Source: Cyanobacteria bacterium P01_D01_bin.156
GTDB lineage: Bacteria; Cyanobacteriota; Cyanobacteriia; Phormidesmidales; Phormidesmidaceae
Reading direction: 5' to 3'
Assembly: GCA_039024555.1 (NCBI GenBank)
Contig: JBCCQQ010000001.1
Location: 64,001 to 128,000 of the forward strand
DNA: 64,000 bases
The notes below the pieces were generated by a model. The model was not told where the DNA came from and did not search any database. It saw only the letters and a list, made by a program, of their open reading frames with translations. This document shows positions 49,524-60,234 of this stretch, in pieces. Position 1 is the first letter of the stretch, and every line of letters starts with the position of its first letter. The translations under genes and the position numbers were made by a program.

Positions 49524-52500
49524 ATGAAATGGTCTCGTCAACAGCTTAACCACGATAATGCTGGCATCAAGCTGCTTACTAACTCTTTACGGTTAGGGCT
49601 GGGTGCCATGACCTCCGCTGCAAGCCTGTGGTTAGCGTATGGAGCAGTCTCTAGCCAAAGTGCAAATGCGGGACCACTGACCTCCATAACAACAACAACC
49701 CCACCGGCAACAAACAGCTTTATCTACACAGCGGGAGGACAGGAGCATCGATTTGGTCAAGGAAATGATGTGATCCTTCAGAGCGTTACAGATGCCTCAG
49801 GCACCTACTCTCCCGATACAGTAGCTGACCAAGTCATTGTCCGTCGAGTTGACAATGCCAATGTCTCTGGAGAAAAGTGTGGTATATTTGCCGCTCAAAG
49901 TGGTTCTAATGTGCGACATTACGGCCCAACCTATCCACACTTTTCTCCCCAAGATGCCAACGGAAACTGCTCCTATGAAGCAATTCTCAGCGGTTTTAAT
50001 ATTGGTCTTGGTGCCCTCGATTTATTTAGCAACACTCCCTCAGGTGGAGATAATGAATATAACAATGTCGAACGCATTGACTTTATCTTTAATGATGGCA
50101 TCCATGCACCATTTAACTCATCTCTGTTGAACCAGGCAGGCCACATTGTTACCGAGAAAAGTGCCAATAATGCCTACATGATTGCAGCGGTTACGGCTGT
50201 TGATGGGGCTGGCAACCCGACTGCCTATGCCACTCCAGTATGGGTGGCAGGCTATGAGGATACTTACACTCCCGCAGGCTTAACCGTAGTGCGGATGGCT
50301 CAAGTGGGAAGTGCCACTCAGAATGGGTTTTTAACCAGTGACTCCAACTCAGCACCCCATGGCGCACCTAGTAGGAAGGGAGGCCAAGCTGAAAAATTCG
50401 GTGGTGCCTTTGTCACACTCCAAGACATGGGCCTAGCAGCAGGGCAGAAGTATTATGGCTTTTCGTTTATTCCGGCAGACGTAGAGAGTGCTATCGGTAC
50501 TAGCTCCGCTGATTTATTAGATTATACGAGCTTTCCGACTACAACATCGCGGCATGCATCTGGGTATGAGCCGGGTGACGGCGATATGTTTGGGGGGACA
50601 GCGGGTTATTTTATCGCTTATTCCAGCAATAATATTAGCGGTAGTCTGTATGAAGACGACAGCCCTCAGAACAATAGCTTTGACAGTGGTAGCGAGTCGA
50701 AACTCGGTAACAATATTGAGGTAATTCTCTATGGAGATGTCAATGGTAACAACACCTACGATGCTGGGTCTGATACCATTATTGATACCACTGACACCAC
50801 TAATGGAGACTATAGTTTTACCAATATTCCAGAAGGAACCTATGGCATCTATGTCAATACAGCAGATGGTGATATTGCTAGTAATCTTAGTCTAGGTACA
50901 CCTAACAATCTCAGCGTCACTCTCAACGGAAGCGACATTACCAACCAAAACTTTGGTTTTGATTCTACAGTCGTGGGAGGTATCTGCGCTAACCCAATAT
51001 CAGGTCCATTCAACAGTTCCAACTATGCTCTAAATACTCCGCTTCAAGGCTCTCTACCGCTCTCGTTTTATGGCGGCGGCATGTTGTTCGACGCCAACCT
51101 ATCAGGAATCGCTACTTGGAAGGATGGGGTCCAGATACGGAATGATTCTACCGTAGGCCAACAAATCTTCCTGCAGCCCGAGAACGCAAGTGACTACCTC
51201 AACACAAACAACGAGGCTATTTACACCTTTACCTTTCCCAACCCAGTTACAGACCTGACGCTACAGGGGGCTGGGCTCAACAATGAAGATGGCACCACCA
51301 TTTTGCCTAGCTATCAGGGGGTACCCATTCCTACTACCTCCGCTAACTTCAGTGGCTTGAATCCTGTCCCTGGCATGAGGCTGGAAGATGCTGACGGTAA
51401 CGGTGAAAGTGATACTGTCGTTGGCAGCTCGACAGCAGGAGGGGTATCAGTAACTACCAATATTTACACCTTTACGATTCCAGGACCGGTAGACACCCTT
51501 ACTATCGTCTCAGGTAAAGACGATGTAAATAGGAATAGTACTGTCACTATTGGTTTACACTCCTTCGGATTCTGTGGAGATGGCGTTTTAGACTACGGCG
51601 ATGCGCCGGACAGCTATGGGACCAATGCTACGGATGATGGTGGAGAGGGTATTGGTCCTAGCCATGCCATTGTTAGTGGTATTCATTTAGGTACTGCACC
51701 CGATGCGGAGAGTGATGCAGAGACGCCCTTAGATGGTAGCGGTGATGGTGCTGAGGATAATGGGATTACGCTGCCTACGCTAACGGAAGGTGACACCAGC
51801 TATTCCATACCAGCAGCTAATATTAATGCAACCGGCAGTGGTACCCTTCACGCTTGGATTGATTTTAATAAGAGTGGTACGTTTGAGCCAGGTGAACACA
51901 AAAGTGTTGAGGTGATAAGTGGCACTCCAAGTGGTGCGCTGATCTGGAGTGGGATTACAGCGGGAGCGGCTGGTGATACCTATGCTCGATTTAGATTTAC
52001 ATCGGATACTAGCATTACCCTGAATACTCCTGGGGGCGCTGCCGGTGATGGTGAGGTAGAAGATTATCAGGTTGCGATTTCCACATCTGTTTTACCAACC
52101 TTTTCTTGCTCCACAAACGCTAACTTATTCAACACTGGCTACAGTGGCAGCGGTAAAGCCGCTACAGGAACACGCGATCTCAACTGGGATGTCGGGTATA
52201 TCTCCGCTGCTACTGGTTCTCCAGACATTGTTGCAGCACCGAGTAGCATTACAAATTGGGTAGATGCATATGTCACGGGAAGAGTCACAACTGCCTGGGA
52301 CCCTAGTGTGTTTGGACAAGCAGAATGGATTTCCCATGTTAATGATACTGACCATACCGGGCAGAAAGTAGATGTCTTCTATCGGTATCAATTCAATATT
52401 GATCCAGCCGTTACCTTAGACTCTTTTGCCGTACACATGGATTGGATGGCAGATAACTCCATCTGGGAGATTTACGTCAATGGCACACCCCAAAGTGGAA

Positions 52501-55373
52501 ATTTAGGTGACATACCTCAAGATCCAACCAGCCCTTACTTTCACCTAGGCTTCAAACAGGCCAATCGAGCACAAACTGTTTTAACTGAAAACTGGCAACC
52601 TGGGACTAATGAGTTAATTGTCCGGGTTCGCAGTGAACAACCCCTACAAGGATTTGTAGGAGAAATATCAGCCGATGTTCTTTGTATACCTGATTTTGGG
52701 GATGCCCCCGATACTTATGGCACCGATGCTACCGACGATAGCGGCGAAGGGATTGGCCCTAACCACATTATTGTCGGCGGCATCCATTTGGGTACCATCG
52801 CTCCTGATGCTGAAGCCAATGCTGAGACTCCACTAGATGGCACAGGCGATGGCGCTGAGGATGATGGTGTCACTATGCCTGCCTCTATTCAGCCAGGAGA
52901 GACAATTTCTCTGCCCATCACTGTTACTGGCAGCGGTAATTTGACCGCGTGGATTGACTGGAATGGCGATGGCACGTTTGCAGCGGGAGAACAGATTGCC
53001 ACCGACGCAGTCGATGGGGGTACGGGCGATACGGACGGCAACATTGATGGCACCATCACCCTGAGCGTGACTGCACCAGCCGGAGCCACTGTTATCGGTA
53101 ATACGTATGCCCGATTTCGATACAGCTCCGACACAGGGCTGGGGGCAACAGGCGCTGCCAGTGATGGTGAAGTAGAGGATTATCCACTCACTATATCTTT
53201 GCAAGACATTCCTAAAATTCCAGACTTACCGCCAATAACACCGCCAACTCCAGAGATTCCTGACTCTATTTGCGCTCTACCGGGTTCAGATGGCACAGCT
53301 GCTTTGAGTGGTGTACTGAATACTTACTATCCTGGTGTTTCATCAGCGAGTGCTGGGGCAACAACACTTTCTTTAGGACCTATCCATACTGGAGGTAATA
53401 CAACTACCATTGAAAAAGGTGACAAACTGCTGATTATTCAAATGCAGGATGCCGACATTACTTCAACCAATGCTGACACTTACGGTAGTGGCACATCTGG
53501 CACTGCAGCCAGTGGCTCCACAGCACTGAATACCGCTGGATACTATCAGTATGTTGTTGCCGACAGTGCAGTGGGTGCTGCTGGCGGTACATTACAGCTG
53601 GCGGACCCCCTTGCTTTTACTTTTACCCATAGCGATTTCTCAGGTACCTCTGGTCAGCGACGCTTCCAGGTCATTCGCATGCCACAGTACTATGATGCAT
53701 CCATTACAGGTATAGTCACCGCAGCTCCTTGGAATGGTGCTTCCGGTGGTGTGGTGGGTTTGGATGTGGCCAAAACCTTAACGTTTGCTGGCGGTACTAT
53801 CGACGTCAGTGGTCAAGGGTTTCGTGGCGGCGGTGGTCTCAATGTGCTTGGCGATGGAGTGGCCCTACCTTACCCAGGGAACACCGACTACGTTAGTCTT
53901 GCAACCAATCCTTACCATGGCTCTAAGGGAGAAGGTATTGCCGGAACCCCCCGGTACATTCGTAATGATGTAACCACCACAGTCACAGATACCGGTATTG
54001 AAGGCTACCCCAACGGTAGCTTTGGTCGCGGTGCACCCGGTAACGCAGGCGGTGGTAGCACGGACCCGAAATCGTCGGCCAACGCTGCCAATACTGGCGG
54101 CGGCGGCGGTGCCAACGGTGGCTACGGTGGCCATGGGGGCGATTCATGGATTGATACCCATGGCCGCCAACCCATGGGTGGCTTTGGTGGACAGGCATTC
54201 CCTAGCAGTTCTAGCCGGGTAATTATGGGCGGCGGTGGCGGCGCAGGCACTGCTAACAATTCGGCTGGAGGCGTTACTCCATCTGGTGGGGGCGGTGGGG
54301 GCATTGTCATCCTCCGCGCTGGCGAAATTGCAGGTTCTGGAACTATTGAAGCGAACGGCATCCAAGGGGTGGAGCCCACAGGAACTGACGGCGGCGGCGG
54401 TGGCGGTGCTGGCGGTAGTGTAGTGATGCTTTCTGTCGATCCGTCTAGTGCAACAGTGACCATCAATGCTCGAGGGGGCAGAGGTCTTGATTCTGGCTTC
54501 CGTGAACACGGCCCCGGCGGCGGCGGTGGCGGCGGCTATGTCGCCTATGATGGCATTACGCCTACGGTAGATATTGCTGGGGGTGAACCCGGTAATGACC
54601 AAGCCTCTGCTAGTACCAGCGCCGGGGCTGACCCGGCAGCGGACCCCTATGGCGCTACGGCGGGTGGTAGTGGGCTGGCACAGTCCACTACCATCCCTGA
54701 CCAGGGGGTAGAACCTGGTGGAGAATGTCTAGAGCCACAAGTTCTCTTAGTTAAGCGGATCACCGCTATCAATGGTGCTGTCAGTACCAATAATGGTGAC
54801 GATTTGGCGGCTTACATGGATGAAACATCCAATCCATATGATGACAACACTCTGACTACACCAGTTCCAACTCCCCCAGATACAGATCAGTGGCCTAATC
54901 CGAATATGAGTCTAGTCGGGGGTATCCATGGGGGAAATGTTGCATTTGATGATGAGATTGAATACACCATTTATTTTCTCTCTTCTGGAAATACGACTGC
55001 CGAGAATGTTCTCTTCTGTGACTACGTACCTGAGTTTACGAGCTTTCTCCCCAATGCCTACGCTGGCAACAGCGCCAATCCAGACGGTATCGGCATTGAT
55101 CTCAGCGTAGAACTCTTTCGCAACGGGACTACTGATTATCACACCGGAGCTAACGATGGCGACAGCGCCACCTACTTTGCCCCAGGAGTGGACCCGGCAG
55201 CCACTTTCCCCGGCATCGACTGTGAAGGCGATGAAGATAACGACCCGCTGACACCCACCACAAATACCAATAACAATGGCGCTCTAGTAGTGAATCTAGG
55301 AGATTTACCCGACGCTACATCCGACAGTACTGGAGCCTACGGCTATGTACGATTTAGAACACGGGTCAAGTAA
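49524..55373 (+). CDS. Giant adhesin 1 (SdrD-B, 2x GEVED, Gly-rich region, terminal DUF11-like domain)
   Basis: Signal ..SANA|G; two DYGDAP/DFGDAP..AWID..YARFR..GEVEDY modules; poly-Gly region; LLVKRITAING..YGYVRFRTRVK*. Confidence 0.88.
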   Translation: MKWSRQQLNHDNAGIKLLTNSLRLGLGAMTSAASLWLAYGAVSSQSANAGPLTSITTTTPPATNSFIYTAGGQEHRFGQGNDVILQSVTDASGTYSPDTVADQVIVRRVDNANVSGEKCGIFAAQSGSNVRHYGPTYPHFSPQDANGNCSYEAILSGFNIGLGALDLFSNTPSGGDNEYNNVERIDFIFNDGIHAPFNSSLLNQAGHIVTEKSANNAYMIAAVTAVDGAGNPTAYATPVWVAGYEDTYTPAGLTVVRMAQVGSATQNGFLTSDSNSAPHGAPSRKGGQAEKFGGAFVTLQDMGLAAGQKYYGFSFIPADVESAIGTSSADLLDYTSFPTTTSRHASGYEPGDGDMFGGTAGYFIAYSSNNISGSLYEDDSPQNNSFDSGSESKLGNNIEVILYGDVNGNNTYDAGSDTIIDTTDTTNGDYSFTNIPEGTYGIYVNTADGDIASNLSLGTPNNLSVTLNGSDITNQNFGFDSTVVGGICANPISGPFNSSNYALNTPLQGSLPLSFYGGGMLFDANLSGIATWKDGVQIRNDSTVGQQIFLQPENASDYLNTNNEAIYTFTFPNPVTDLTLQGAGLNNEDGTTILPSYQGVPIPTTSANFSGLNPVPGMRLEDADGNGESDTVVGSSTAGGVSVTTNIYTFTIPGPVDTLTIVSGKDDVNRNSTVTIGLHSFGFCGDGVLDYGDAPDSYGTNATDDGGEGIGPSHAIVSGIHLGTAPDAESDAETPLDGSGDGAEDNGITLPTLTEGDTSYSIPAANINATGSGTLHAWIDFNKSGTFEPGEHKSVEVISGTPSGALIWSGITAGAAGDTYARFRFTSDTSITLNTPGGAAGDGEVEDYQVAISTSVLPTFSCSTNANLFNTGYSGSGKAATGTRDLNWDVGYISAATGSPDIVAAPSSITNWVDAYVTGRVTTAWDPSVFGQAEWISHVNDTDHTGQKVDVFYRYQFNIDPAVTLDSFAVHMDWMADNSIWEIYVNGTPQSGNLGDIPQDPTSPYFHLGFKQANRAQTVLTENWQPGTNELIVRVRSEQPLQGFVGEISADVLCIPDFGDAPDTYGTDATDDSGEGIGPNHIIVGGIHLGTIAPDAEANAETPLDGTGDGAEDDGVTMPASIQPGETISLPITVTGSGNLTAWIDWNGDGTFAAGEQIATDAVDGGTGDTDGNIDGTITLSVTAPAGATVIGNTYARFRYSSDTGLGATGAASDGEVEDYPLTISLQDIPKIPDLPPITPPTPEIPDSICALPGSDGTAALSGVLNTYYPGVSSASAGATTLSLGPIHTGGNTTTIEKGDKLLIIQMQDADITSTNADTYGSGTSGTAASGSTALNTAGYYQYVVADSAVGAAGGTLQLADPLAFTFTHSDFSGTSGQRRFQVIRMPQYYDASITGIVTAAPWNGASGGVVGLDVAKTLTFAGGTIDVSGQGFRGGGGLNVLGDGVALPYPGNTDYVSLATNPYHGSKGEGIAGTPRYIRNDVTTTVTDTGIEGYPNGSFGRGAPGNAGGGSTDPKSSANAANTGGGGGANGGYGGHGGDSWIDTHGRQPMGGFGGQAFPSSSSRVIMGGGGGAGTANNSAGGVTPSGGGGGGIVILRAGEIAGSGTIEANGIQGVEPTGTDGGGGGGAGGSVVMLSVDPSSATVTINARGGRGLDSGFREHGPGGGGGGGYVAYDGITPTVDIAGGEPGNDQASASTSAGADPAADPYGATAGGSGLAQSTTIPDQGVEPGGECLEPQVLLVKRITAINGAVSTNNGDDLAAYMDETSNPYDDNTLTTPVPTPPDTDQWPNPNMSLVGGIHGGNVAFDDEIEYTIYFLSSGNTTAENVLFCDYVPEFTSFLPNAYAGNSANPDGIGIDLSVELFRNGTTDYHTGANDGDSATYFAPGVDPAATFPGIDCEGDEDNDPLTPTTNTNNNGALVVNLGDLPDATSDSTGAYGYVRFRTRVK

Positions 55374-55474
55374 CTAGCCAGCAAAACATCAAGAGAATCT
55401 ATACCCTTGCACCAATTCTAAAGATAAAAACAAACAAGCATATTCCGTAGGAGCGCGTAGTAGATCAACATAAC

Positions 55475-58400
55475 TTGATGTGCATGTTAAGCATGTTCTG
55501 CCATGCCATAGATTCACAATTGCTATCGCACATGCATCATTATGTTCACAATACTACGCTAAGCCAGAGGCCTAATACTTGCTTGTATTTTCTGGGTCAG
55601 CATAGAACCGGTATCTATCGCTGTTTTCTAAATTTAGGGCTCATCAGCCTCATGGGAATTATAGCTGTGCCCAAGGCAACAGCAGCAGTAACCACGTTTG
55701 ACATTGATGTGCGCAAGGATGGTACAGCGCCTTTTGCAGGGACTGATCCGACCTATCCTGGTACTAGCAATGCAGGAAATGATGCTAATGATAGTAATGG
55801 TATTATCCGTACCTATGACATAGCTACCTATCGGGTCCGATATGCTACAGATACTCAGCCCAATGGCAGTACAACCATTACGGCTACTATTGCTGATAAT
55901 TATCATCTTTGGGAGGAAAACCAGGCTGGGTGTCTTGGCAATGTGTCGATTAGTAGCGATCGCAAAACTCTTACCTGTACAGAATCCCTACCCACATCAA
56001 CCACCGGTTTCTTTGATTTTACAGCTGTTGTTCTAGGAACAGCCCCCCACGGTGCAGATCTGATAGTTAACGCTACTTTAAGCTCCAGTGCCACTAATCT
56101 AGCTGCAGGCCCCACCAACATCAAAGTCTCTGCAACACCACAAATGGATCTTGCCAAAGATGATTCTGGCGCTCCACGTCAGGTGGGAATAATGGCCGGA
56201 CCTAGTGGTGAAGAGGGATTAGTATACGCATGGCCCCTTTCAATCGTCGCACCAAAAGGCAGCGAAGTCCTTGGAGATGCTGATTCCACAACCCCTGGCA
56301 ATCAAATTATCATTACCGATGTAGTCAGCGGAATCTCCCCCAATGCCCGTCTATATAACTGGGGAGGCCGCTCGGGCTGTGCGCCTAATACCAAAGACAG
56401 TAATATCGCTGGCGATTGGATTAGAGATATTCCGCTTGGCTCCCTAACAATTGCTGGAGCAGGTCAAGAAGCTAATGCTGTGGCAGACTCTGGAACCTGG
56501 AACTGTAGCCAAAGCAGCGCTGGCACGGATATTACCATCACCATTACGGATGCTGATCTCACAGCAAGCCATCGTCCAACCCTTGATGCCTCTGGAGATA
56601 CCCTAAACGTTACCGACACCCATCTAGTAGCCGGGGTCGTAGAAATCTGGATACCCATGAGTGACTTCCCATCAGGGCAGAACCAATTGACAGTCACCAA
56701 TTACTACGACTTTCTAGACACTCCCAGCATTACTAACCAGACGAACACAGAGCCAGACCGAGGAAATAATAGCGTTGTTCCTATCAGCAATAGTGATGCT
56801 GTTAATAATGACCGCACCTTTACCCTACAGCGTCCACTCTCAGGACGCTCCCAGGATAAATACTATCGAACACCTTACAGCGGTGGCAATTTTAGTAACA
56901 ACAGAGTTCTTTCTCCCATGACGGATATTGAATCCGGCGATGGTGTTGTCATTCCAGGTCAGGTTTTTGGTAGTTATTTCACCATTAACAATAATGGCGT
57001 TGGGGAGCTGACCAATGTGTTTTTGTGCGACAAGTTTGACAATCGCACCCAAATTTTGGCCCCTAATCCGACTAGTGGCGAGTATGTCGAGTTGCGAACC
57101 AATGGCGATCGTCTAAAAGCATCAGATGTCACCATTGAATATGGTGTTGGCGGAGATAATGCAACAGATAATTACTACGGTAGTGAAACAGCCGCCATTG
57201 ATGATGTTAGTCGCTTTGATGCTCAGCGCAATGCCACCTGTGGGGATAGTGATGCCACCTGGTATAGCGAAACTGATTTGGCAAACGATCCGAGTTTAAT
57301 TCCGAATGTGACTCGGGTAAGAATTCGCCCCACTGCTACGAATGGGGTTCTGCCAGAAGGCTTCCGCATTGATGCGGTGCTGCATCTGCAGGCGCTTAAC
57401 GTTGATCCGGTTACTGGAGCACAGATTCCTGACCCAACGATTCTGGCTAATTTTGTGACGTCCCGCACCGATGAAGTTAACAGCGGCAACTGGGCAGTGG
57501 GGTCCTACAACCCTGTGGACCATAGTGGAAATGATGATGGCGATCGTCTACAGCTAACCCGTGCGATCGCTCGCATTGATAAAAGTACCGATGATCCTAG
57601 TAATGCGACCGAGGCAGATGACTCTCTCAGCACCGTTAGAGCCACTGAAAACATTACCTTTGCCCTTGAGTCTACCTTGACCGCCTTAACCAGCGAAGTC
57701 TCTCAGGCACAAATTATAGTCACTGACACCTTACCTGTAGAACTTAGCTATGTCACGGGCTCAGCCAATATTACTCCAGATAGTATTATTGCAAATGGCG
57801 ATGGCACCACTACTCTAAATTGGGACTTAGGCAATTACCCGATCAGTACACCAATTCCTACCATTACTTTTCAGGCCAAAGCTGGTTTTGATGTGGCAGG
57901 CGGGACAGATGCCTTAAACCAAGCATCTATTGCAGCCTTAGATACTAACGGATTAGATCTTGACACCTCCCCTTTAGCATCTCGCACGGATGTTCGGTCG
58001 ATCACTATCATTAACAATGCTGCTTTTACCATCTTCAAAGAAGCCGTTACTCCTGAGATCGATCCGGGAGATGACATTATCTATAATCTTTACCTCGCTA
58101 ACCTAAGTGAGGACACAAATGTAGCAGCAGGGTCCAGATTTATCGATATTCTCCCCTATGAAGGAGATGGAGCCATTCGAGACTCTTTTGATGGGTTAGG
58201 AACTCCTCCCACAGATTACACAGTTGCCCCAGTCTTTCAAGATATTCAGGATATTAATAATGTTGGTTTTACCTTTGAGTACACCAACGATACTCCTAGC
58301 GATATCAGTGATAATCCAGCCACTCAAAATAGCAGCACGATTTGGTGTACCCCATCTGAAATCACCAATAGCACACCAGGCTGTCCAACCACAGACTATT

Positions 58401-60100
58401 CAGATGTCACAGCTGTTTCAATTATTACACCAGCTATCAATGCAGGCGATCCAACGCACCAACTCCGTCTTACCATGACCTCTACCGGTAGCTTAGGCAA
58501 CGACATTTATACCAACAACTTTAAGGGCACCCCTGACCATCCAAGTCTAGGATTTATTCCCTCTGTTGATGCCACTGTGAGAACTCGTGCAGGCACTCCC
58601 AATCCCAGCTGTGCCCTCGGTACTGGCAATGCTGACCTTAGTATTACCCCTAATATCAGCGATGAGGTCAGGGGCAACAATACCACGACCCGAACAATTG
58701 TTGATACTCTGGACGACAGCTGGCGAACACAGGTGGGGCTACCTCAGGCAGGTACTGTTATCCCCTGGTTTGCGGCAGCACAGTCCCTTAGCAACAACGA
58801 ACCAAATTTATTTACCTACACTCTGGATGATCAAGATATCTCTGTTGGAGTAGCCCTAGTCAATATAGACGATGACAATAACTGTACAGGATCAGTCCAC
58901 ACTGGTGCAGCAGCTGAACTCAATGACAGTGACACACTGCAAGATAATGCGCCTCGACCCGCCAGCCTATATGACGACACCGTGGGAGCTGCCAATGGTC
59001 ACCCAGCTATGTGGAATGAGAATGTAGGTGCTACCGACAGCCCCAATGGTGTAATGTTTACCTTTGCCCAACCTGTGCGGGCATTCGGAGCGTGGTTTGG
59101 CGATGTGGAAACTCGCACGGATGGTAATGGAGCAGCAGCTTATTTACGTTTGCTAGATGTCAATGGCGATCGCATCGGAGCCGATATCGCTATTCAGCCC
59201 ACAAATCTCATTGAAAGTGGTGGCACTACCGCCATTAATCAAACGAACTGTGGTGGTACAGCCACCGATATCGGCTGCGGTAATCGCTCTACGCGATGGA
59301 TTAGTTTCGTCGATACAGTTGCTACGCCTAGGGTGAAACAGGCAGTACTGATTGTCGGCGATGACGATGAGGGAGGAGATGCTGGAACTGAGCATATCAG
59401 TTTTATCGGTGCCAATGTGTTAACAGCTTCCAACCCCAATGTGTTGCTTGTAAAACGAATTACCGCCATCAACGGTGAAACAACAACCAGTCAAGGCATA
59501 AATCTGGCTACCCATAATCCCACCGATTATCCCTATGACGATAACGATATTCCCTCGGTTAGCGATCCAAACCATCCTGATTACGATCCAGCCGATCCAG
59601 CTTTTGACCCCCATGAAACCAATCAATGGCCAACACCCTTAAATGCTTCGCTAGCAGGTGGTACTGATGGAGGAAATGTCTTACCCAATGATGAAATTGA
59701 GTACACTATCTATTTCCTCTCATCTGGGGACACTACGGCAGAGAATGTTCTCTTCTGCGACTATGTGCCTGCATTTACTCAATTTATTCCCAACGCCTAC
59801 AACAGCGATACTCCACAAGCCTTAGGAGGCATTGGCGGTGCCGATCTGAGTATCGAGCTCTATAGAAACAACACTACTGATTTTCACACCGGAGCAAACG
59901 ATGGTGACAGTGCCACTTACTTTGGCCCTGGCATCGATCCTGCCAGTAATTTTCCAGGCATTGACTGTGATGGTGATGGCAATGGCAGCAATAACAATAC
60001 CAACGGGGCCATTATTGTCAATTTAGGTAATCTTCCCAATGCAGCCACCAACGCCGCTGAAGCCTATGGCTACGTGAGATTCAGAACACGGGTCAAATAA
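55475..60100 (+). CDS. Giant adhesin 2 (CnaB/DUF11-like repeats, terminal DUF11-like domain)
   Basis: Signal ..KATA|A; GTAPF..GND..NGIIRTYD; K..D..N repeats; LLVKRITAING..YGYVRFRTRVK*. Start uncertain. Confidence 0.85.
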   Translation: MMCMLSMFCHAIDSQLLSHMHHYVHNTTLSQRPNTCLYFLGQHRTGIYRCFLNLGLISLMGIIAVPKATAAVTTFDIDVRKDGTAPFAGTDPTYPGTSNAGNDANDSNGIIRTYDIATYRVRYATDTQPNGSTTITATIADNYHLWEENQAGCLGNVSISSDRKTLTCTESLPTSTTGFFDFTAVVLGTAPHGADLIVNATLSSSATNLAAGPTNIKVSATPQMDLAKDDSGAPRQVGIMAGPSGEEGLVYAWPLSIVAPKGSEVLGDADSTTPGNQIIITDVVSGISPNARLYNWGGRSGCAPNTKDSNIAGDWIRDIPLGSLTIAGAGQEANAVADSGTWNCSQSSAGTDITITITDADLTASHRPTLDASGDTLNVTDTHLVAGVVEIWIPMSDFPSGQNQLTVTNYYDFLDTPSITNQTNTEPDRGNNSVVPISNSDAVNNDRTFTLQRPLSGRSQDKYYRTPYSGGNFSNNRVLSPMTDIESGDGVVIPGQVFGSYFTINNNGVGELTNVFLCDKFDNRTQILAPNPTSGEYVELRTNGDRLKASDVTIEYGVGGDNATDNYYGSETAAIDDVSRFDAQRNATCGDSDATWYSETDLANDPSLIPNVTRVRIRPTATNGVLPEGFRIDAVLHLQALNVDPVTGAQIPDPTILANFVTSRTDEVNSGNWAVGSYNPVDHSGNDDGDRLQLTRAIARIDKSTDDPSNATEADDSLSTVRATENITFALESTLTALTSEVSQAQIIVTDTLPVELSYVTGSANITPDSIIANGDGTTTLNWDLGNYPISTPIPTITFQAKAGFDVAGGTDALNQASIAALDTNGLDLDTSPLASRTDVRSITIINNAAFTIFKEAVTPEIDPGDDIIYNLYLANLSEDTNVAAGSRFIDILPYEGDGAIRDSFDGLGTPPTDYTVAPVFQDIQDINNVGFTFEYTNDTPSDISDNPATQNSSTIWCTPSEITNSTPGCPTTDYSDVTAVSIITPAINAGDPTHQLRLTMTSTGSLGNDIYTNNFKGTPDHPSLGFIPSVDATVRTRAGTPNPSCALGTGNADLSITPNISDEVRGNNTTTRTIVDTLDDSWRTQVGLPQAGTVIPWFAAAQSLSNNEPNLFTYTLDDQDISVGVALVNIDDDNNCTGSVHTGAAAELNDSDTLQDNAPRPASLYDDTVGAANGHPAMWNENVGATDSPNGVMFTFAQPVRAFGAWFGDVETRTDGNGAAAYLRLLDVNGDRIGADIAIQPTNLIESGGTTAINQTNCGGTATDIGCGNRSTRWISFVDTVATPRVKQAVLIVGDDDEGGDAGTEHISFIGANVLTASNPNVLLVKRITAINGETTTSQGINLATHNPTDYPYDDNDIPSVSDPNHPDYDPADPAFDPHETNQWPTPLNASLAGGTDGGNVLPNDEIEYTIYFLSSGDTTAENVLFCDYVPAFTQFIPNAYNSDTPQALGGIGGADLSIELYRNNTTDFHTGANDGDSATYFGPGIDPASNFPGIDCDGDGNGSNNNTNGAIIVNLGNLPNAATNAAEAYGYVRFRTRVK

Positions 60101-60234
60101 TCATGTTTAGATCTTAGAGGCAACATCTTGCTTATGGTTCATACTAAATCTTGAAAAAATGTTGAAGTAACATGTGAGCTCAGGTTTTCAAACTTGCACC
60201 TTGGATGACTAACTCCTTCCTGGCTCTTATCAGC

